Assembly: GCA_903843225.1 (NCBI GenBank)
Contig: CAIMOX010000016.1
Span: 39,358 to 103,357, forward strand
Length of the DNA: 64,000 bases
Direction of reading: 5' to 3'
DNA from: an uncultured Actinomycetes bacterium
GTDB taxonomy: Bacteria; Actinomycetota; Actinomycetes; Nanopelagicales; Nanopelagicaceae
Position numbers and translations under genes: made by a program. The notes under the pieces were generated by a model, which saw only the letters and a list, made by a program, of their open reading frames with translations, was not told the DNA's origin and did no database searches. Below are positions 60,196 to 64,000 of this stretch, piece after piece (positions within the stretch are counted from its first letter, which is position 1; every line of letters starts with the position of its first letter).

Positions 60196-61148
60196 TATGC
60201 AGCCACTCTCTCTACTGCTCGTAGCCGCATAGATTGCGCACGCGGATTGAGATCAATTTCTTGCTGACTAGCTGATTCACTACTACTAAAAATGAGACGA
60301 TACTTTGCCGCTGAGTTCGGAAGATCAATTGGTAACCCTCGAGGTGTGCCTGAAGTGCATACCTTTGTGAATTCAACTTTGACGATCTTGTCTTCAAGAG
60401 ATTGATATGACATCACAACTAGGCGACCATTAACGGCGAGGGCTCGTAACGCGGATGGAATAGCTCTCTGAAGTACTTCGAGCTCCTGATTGACTTCAAT
60501 CCGCAAAGCTTGAAATGTTCGTTTGGCTGGGTTACCACCAGTACGGCGAGCGGGAGCAGGAATGCTCTCCTTTACTATCTCCGCTAAATTCTTAGTGCTA
60601 TTGAGTTTCCCGCCGTCACGAGCGGCAATGATGCGGTCGACAATGCGAGGCGCAAACTTCTCTTCGCCATAATTACGAAGAATGCGGATCAAGGAGTTCC
60701 GGTCATAAGTCATCAACACATCAAAAGCTGAGATCCCCTGTGACTGATCCATGCGCATATCGAGTGGTGCATCTTGAGAGTAAGCAAAGCCACGGTCGGC
60801 TACATCAAGTTGCATTGATGAGACTCCGAGATCAAAGAGAATGCCATCGACCTTAGAGATATTTTTCTCTTCAAGAACTTCTTCAATTCGATCATAAACT
60901 GAGTGCACAATGATTGCGCGTGATCCAAACTTTTCGACGCGACGCTTTGCAATATCAATCGCTGATAAGTCTCGATCGAAACCGATAACAGTCAGTTCTG
61001 GATAGCGTTCAAGTAGCTCACTAGTGTGTCCCGCAAGTCCTAGAGTTGCATCGATGATGATCGCGCTTTGATGATCTAAAATCGCGCTTTCAATTGCGGG
61101 TGCAAGCAGGGCAATACATCGATCGAGTGCGACTGGAATATGTTGCAT
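60195..61148 (-). CDS. rsmH: 16S rRNA (cytosine1402-N4)-methyltransferase
   Basis: 317 aa. HIPV N-terminus, DATLGLAGH SAM motif, DLGVSSMQLD. Confidence 0.95.
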   Translation of the reverse strand: MQHIPVALDRCIALLAPAIESAILDHQSAIIIDATLGLAGHTSELLERYPELTVIGFDRDLSAIDIAKRRVEKFGSRAIIVHSVYDRIEEVLEEKNISKVDGILFDLGVSSMQLDVADRGFAYSQDAPLDMRMDQSQGISAFDVLMTYDRNSLIRILRNYGEEKFAPRIVDRIIAARDGGKLNSTKNLAEIVKESIPAPARRTGGNPAKRTFQALRIEVNQELEVLQRAIPSALRALAVNGRLVVMSYQSLEDKIVKVEFTKVCTSGTPRGLPIDLPNSAAKYRLIFSSSESASQQEIDLNPRAQSMRLRAVERVAA

Positions 61149-61195
61149 CTGCTTCCCCTTTCTTTATCTGGGCTGCCCGCCCTTCTCTTTCTTTA

Positions 61196-61282
61196 CTTAG
61201 GTCACCGCCGACCGACGGATCTTGGGGGGATATCGGCGCCGGGGAAGTGGCGTCGATACTTGAAGATCGGCGGTGGCCTAAG
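61196..61282 (-). promoter_or_regulatory. long rod-like RNA hairpin filling the mraZ-rsmH intergenic region (possibly the actinobacterial mraW 5'UTR motif)
   Basis: Outer arms CTTAGG(C)CACCGCCGA / TCGGCGGTG(A)CCTAAG (15 bp), then GATCTT/AAGATC, then ATCGACGCC/GGCGCCGAT around an 8-nt loop. Starts 7 nt after the mraZ stop. Confidence 0.5.
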
Positions 61283-61289
61283 TTGAGAT

Positions 61290-61721
61290 CTAGAAGAGAC
61301 CGGGCAGCACCTCCGTTGAGACATCTGCAAAACCCTTCTCGCGATCTGCGAGGTAGGTGTTCCATGCAGCGAGATCCCAAATTTCTAGTCGAGTATTTGC
61401 GCCGATCACGACGCACTCTTTTTCAAGGCCCGCATAGGTGCGTAGACCACTTGGAATAGTGACGCGTCCCTGCTTATCCGGAACCTCATCGTGAGCTCCA
61501 GCGAACATGACGCGCATATAGTCGCGAGCAGCCTTCTCGGTGACGGGAGCTTGGCGCAGGCGGTCGGTAATGGCAGAGAACTCATTGACGGGGAAGACAT
61601 AGAGACAGCGCTCTTGACCTTTGGTAATGACGAGGCCTTTGGCGAGTTCATCGCGGAATCTGGCAGGCAGGATAATCCGGCCCTTCTCATCAAGCTTGGG
61701 TTCATGGGTACCGAGAAACAT
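61290..61721 (-). CDS. mraZ: transcriptional regulator MraZ
   Basis: Start placed at ATG 61721 ([23 protein letters not shown], second repeat [13 protein letters not shown]), preceded by GAAGGGGG. The longest ORF start (TTG 61784) is rejected. Confidence 0.93.
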   Translation of the reverse strand: MFLGTHEPKLDEKGRIILPARFRDELAKGLVITKGQERCLYVFPVNEFSAITDRLRQAPVTEKAARDYMRVMFAGAHDEVPDKQGRVTIPSGLRTYAGLEKECVVIGANTRLEIWDLAAWNTYLADREKGFADVSTEVLPGLF

Positions 61722-61824
61722 CGATCGGACCCCCTTCCCCTTGCTCAGCCCGGGCTCTTCGCCCCGGTCCTGGTCCACCTTCAACCAGATTTACGCTTAA
61801 ATCCCCCGATTTACGTTCGTGGCA

Positions 61825-61868
61825 CCACTTTACTCCACTTTTCTCCATTATCAACCATCTTTGCCCAC
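61825..61868 (-). promoter_or_regulatory. five 10-bp-phased (A/G)TGG boxes upstream of mraZ (candidate MraZ operator)
   Basis: Plus-strand CCAC/CCAT at 61825, 61835, 61845, 61855 and 61865, which read on the minus strand as GTGGG, ATGGT, ATGGA, GTGGA and GTGGT. A further GTGGG lies at 61901-61905. Confidence 0.55.
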
Positions 61869-61963
61869 TTTCTTACTTTTTTCTCCCTTTCTCCCTTTCT
61901 CCCACTCTTCCTGCCCTTTCCGAGGAGGTAATCGAGGGGGCCCTTAGGTCTACAGTTCGCCAA

Positions 61964-62914
61964 ATGAGCGCAGCCGATAGCCAAGCCACTCCCGAGGCTC
62001 TAATCCTCGCCAAGGGGCTCCGTAAGGAATACGGCGACTTCACAGCTGTCGATGGGATCGACTTTCGCGTCAACCGAAGTGAATCTTTTGGCTTCCTCGG
62101 GCCAAATGGCGCAGGAAAATCAACAACGATGCGCATCATCGCCGCAACCCTTACTCGTACATCTGGCGAGATCACCATTCTCGGTAAAGATCCTGAAATC
62201 AGCGGACCAGAGATCCGTGCACACCTTGGTGTGGTTCCACAACAAGATAATTTAGATAACGCACTTACCGTTGAAGATAATCTCTATGTATACGGTCGCT
62301 ACTTTGGACTCTCAAAGAAATTTATTCGTAACAAAATTGAAGAGCTCCTAGCCTTCGCACAACTTGAAGAGAAGCGCAGCGTCAAAGTAGAAGCTCTCTC
62401 GGGTGGAATGAAACGTCGCCTCACCATCGCACGCGCACTTGTCAGTGAACCAGAGATCTTGATGCTTGACGAGCCAACAACTGGTCTTGATCCGCAGGCC
62501 AGACATATCTTGTGGGATCGTCTCTTCCGTTTAAAGGAACAAGGCGTAACACTTTTAATAACAACTCACTATATGGATGAAGCTGAGCAACTCTGCGACC
62601 GTCTCATGGTGATGGACAAGGGCAAGATCATGGCTGAGGATTCACCTGCCGGCCTCATCAAGAAATACTCAACAAAGGAAGTCTTAGAAGTTCGCTTTGG
62701 CGCAGATCGCAATGCTCAATATGCAGATCAGCTTCGCGGCATGTGTGAACGAATTGAAGTATTACCGGATCGAGTGTTGATGTACTCACATGATTGCGAA
62801 GCGCTCCTGCACGAAGTAGTCAGTAAAGGTATGCACCCAACAACATCGCTAGTACGCAGAAGCTCACTTGAAGATGTCTTCTTGCGCCTTACTGGCCGTT
62901 CGCTGGTTGAGTGA
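61964..62914 (+). CDS. ABC transporter ATP-binding protein (DrrA/NodI-like, ABC-2 exporter type)
   Basis: 316 aa with Walker A GPNGAGKST, signature LSGGMKRRL and Walker B LMLDEP. Confidence 0.9.
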   Translation: MSAADSQATPEALILAKGLRKEYGDFTAVDGIDFRVNRSESFGFLGPNGAGKSTTMRIIAATLTRTSGEITILGKDPEISGPEIRAHLGVVPQQDNLDNALTVEDNLYVYGRYFGLSKKFIRNKIEELLAFAQLEEKRSVKVEALSGGMKRRLTIARALVSEPEILMLDEPTTGLDPQARHILWDRLFRLKEQGVTLLITTHYMDEAEQLCDRLMVMDKGKIMAEDSPAGLIKKYSTKEVLEVRFGADRNAQYADQLRGMCERIEVLPDRVLMYSHDCEALLHEVVSKGMHPTTSLVRRSSLEDVFLRLTGRSLVE

Positions 62915-63753
62915 TGTCGGCAAATGATCTAAGCCGTAAAGGCTCCCTTACTCTCATTGACGTTCCGAAGATTCTTCGCTGGGGCTCGATCTATATTGCG
63001 CAAGCACGTATCCGTAGTATGTTGAAGTGGAAGTGGTCGATCATTGGTGAATCCTTTGCCACACCAATGTTCTACCTGCTCTCCATCGGTATCGGTATCG
63101 GTAAATTTGTGAACTCCCATCAAGCCGCAGGCGTTGATGGCGTCAAATATCTCACCTTCTTAGCGCCAGCTCTTCTTGCCGCTGCATGTATTCAAGGTGC
63201 GGTAGGCGACGCGACCTTCCCCGTGCTCGAAGGTTTCAAATGGCAGAAGGGTTTCTTTGCCATGAATGCCACGCCAATATCTGGAAAGCAGATTGCTAAC
63301 GGTGTGCTCCTGGCAGCAATGAGTCGCGCCGCATTCGGATGTGTCATCTATTACGCAGCGCTCTACACCTTCGGTGCACTACACGGGCTACATACCCTGT
63401 GGTTAATTCCTGTGACGCTCTTCGCCGCTACCTCTTTTGCAGTATTAATGATGGGTGTCTGTGCCGCAATCAAGAATGACGATCTCTTCCTCAATATGGT
63501 GCAGCGCTTTCTGATCGTCCCGCTCTTTCTCTTCTCGGGGACTTTTTACTCACTCGCTTCGATGCCGAAGTTTTTACAGATTATTGGCTGGGCTTCCCCG
63601 CTCTGGCATGCCACAGAAGTAGGACGATGGATCTCCTACGGCCATCATGTGAGTGCAACAGCTCTCGTCATCCACTTTAGCTACATGACAATCATGGCGA
63701 TCATTGGATTTACATTTGCCCATCATCACTTCACAAAGCGGCTAGCGAAATGA
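62911..63753 (+). CDS. ABC-2 type transporter permease
   Basis: 280 aa, six TM segments, ATGA-type overlap with the ATPase gene. Confidence 0.85.
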   Translation: MMSANDLSRKGSLTLIDVPKILRWGSIYIAQARIRSMLKWKWSIIGESFATPMFYLLSIGIGIGKFVNSHQAAGVDGVKYLTFLAPALLAAACIQGAVGDATFPVLEGFKWQKGFFAMNATPISGKQIANGVLLAAMSRAAFGCVIYYAALYTFGALHGLHTLWLIPVTLFAATSFAVLMMGVCAAIKNDDLFLNMVQRFLIVPLFLFSGTFYSLASMPKFLQIIGWASPLWHATEVGRWISYGHHVSATALVIHFSYMTIMAIIGFTFAHHHFTKRLAK

Positions 63754-64000
63754 GGGAAAGTAGCGCCGTCGCAATTGCCGAAAAACTCAAGGGTAGATTT
63801 GGCGAAGGTACTTATTCACGTCGCGCTCGTGTCATTCTTGAGCACCGAAGAATTGCCTTCCGACAAGGCCATTGGATCGTAGTTTTGAGTGGCTTTGTCG
63901 AGCCAGTCCTCTACCTGCTCTCATTTGGGTATGGCGTCGGGAAGCTAGTGGGCAAGATCCAGGTAACGCCTGGTCACTGGGTTACCTATGCGCAATTCAT
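63750..64000 (+). CDS. second ABC-2 type transporter permease, N-terminal part (runs off window end)
   Basis: Hand translation from ATG 63750 (ATGA overlap with the upstream stop): MRESSAVAIAEKLKGRFGEGTYSRRARVILEHRRIAFRQGHWIVVLSGFVEPVLYLLSFGYGVGKLVG.... Absent from the ORF track because it is open at the edge. Confidence 0.75.
   Translation, partial: MRESSAVAIAEKLKGRFGEGTYSRRARVILEHRRIAFRQGHWIVVLSGFVEPVLYLLSFGYGVGKLVGKIQVTPGHWVTYAQF

Noticed and set aside
1-64000. Search for mobile elements, prophage, defence systems, toxin-antitoxin pairs, rRNA, CRISPR and biosynthetic gene clusters.
   Set aside because: Every ORF of meaningful size has a clear housekeeping, transport or cell-envelope assignment in conserved actinobacterial synteny. 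There are no integrase, transposase or recombinase-like sequences, no inverted terminal repeats and no obvious compositional island.

Overview
This window is a densely packed, almost entirely minus-strand stretch of conserved actinobacterial core chromosome. The gene order resembles what I recall for Streptomyces and Mycobacterium. The moderate GC content, many 4-nt start/stop overlaps and short intergenic gaps suggest a streamlined actinobacterium, possibly a planktonic freshwater lineage; that placement is inference only.

Gene order, read along the minus strand from the high-coordinate end:
- mraZ-rsmH-ftsL-ftsI-murE-murF-mraY-murD-ftsW-murG-murC-ftsQ-ftsZ-pgeF-yggS-sepF-yggT (a complete dcw cluster)
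- ileS, convergent on the plus strand
- a histone-like/DksA-like zinc-finger protein, then lspA-rluD-dnaE
- hisD-C-B-H-priA-F-I fused directly to trpE-(49-aa ORF)-trpC-B-A
- a MauE/DoxX plus DsbA-like pair, then lgt and a VIT1 transporter
- gltBD, pyk, a tRNA and an ANTAR response regulator
- livKHMGF
- a hotdog thioesterase on the plus strand
- polA, then an MFS transporter on the plus strand
- rpsA-coaE-uvrB-uvrA

An ABC-2 exporter (one ATPase, two permeases) is transcribed divergently from mraZ at the right edge.

I found no rRNA, CRISPR array, transposase, integrase, prophage, toxin-antitoxin or recognisable defence genes, and I cannot support a novel multi-gene system here.

The items most worth a second look are small-scale:
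1. A tRNA with a Leu (CAA) anticodon and Leu-like features but a class I, short-variable-loop architecture. Its 3' end lies 1 nt from the ATG of the ANTAR regulator, which sits directly upstream of the branched-chain amino-acid transporter.
2. An unannotated 49-aa membrane ORF translationally coupled between trpE and trpC.
3. A DksA-like protein with a long PAKKAA repeat tail encoded by perfect 18/36-bp tandem repeats.
4. A 10-bp-phased GTGG-box array upstream of mraZ, and a roughly 87-nt rod-like hairpin between mraZ and rsmH.
5. A dcw cluster that ends at yggT with no divIVA.
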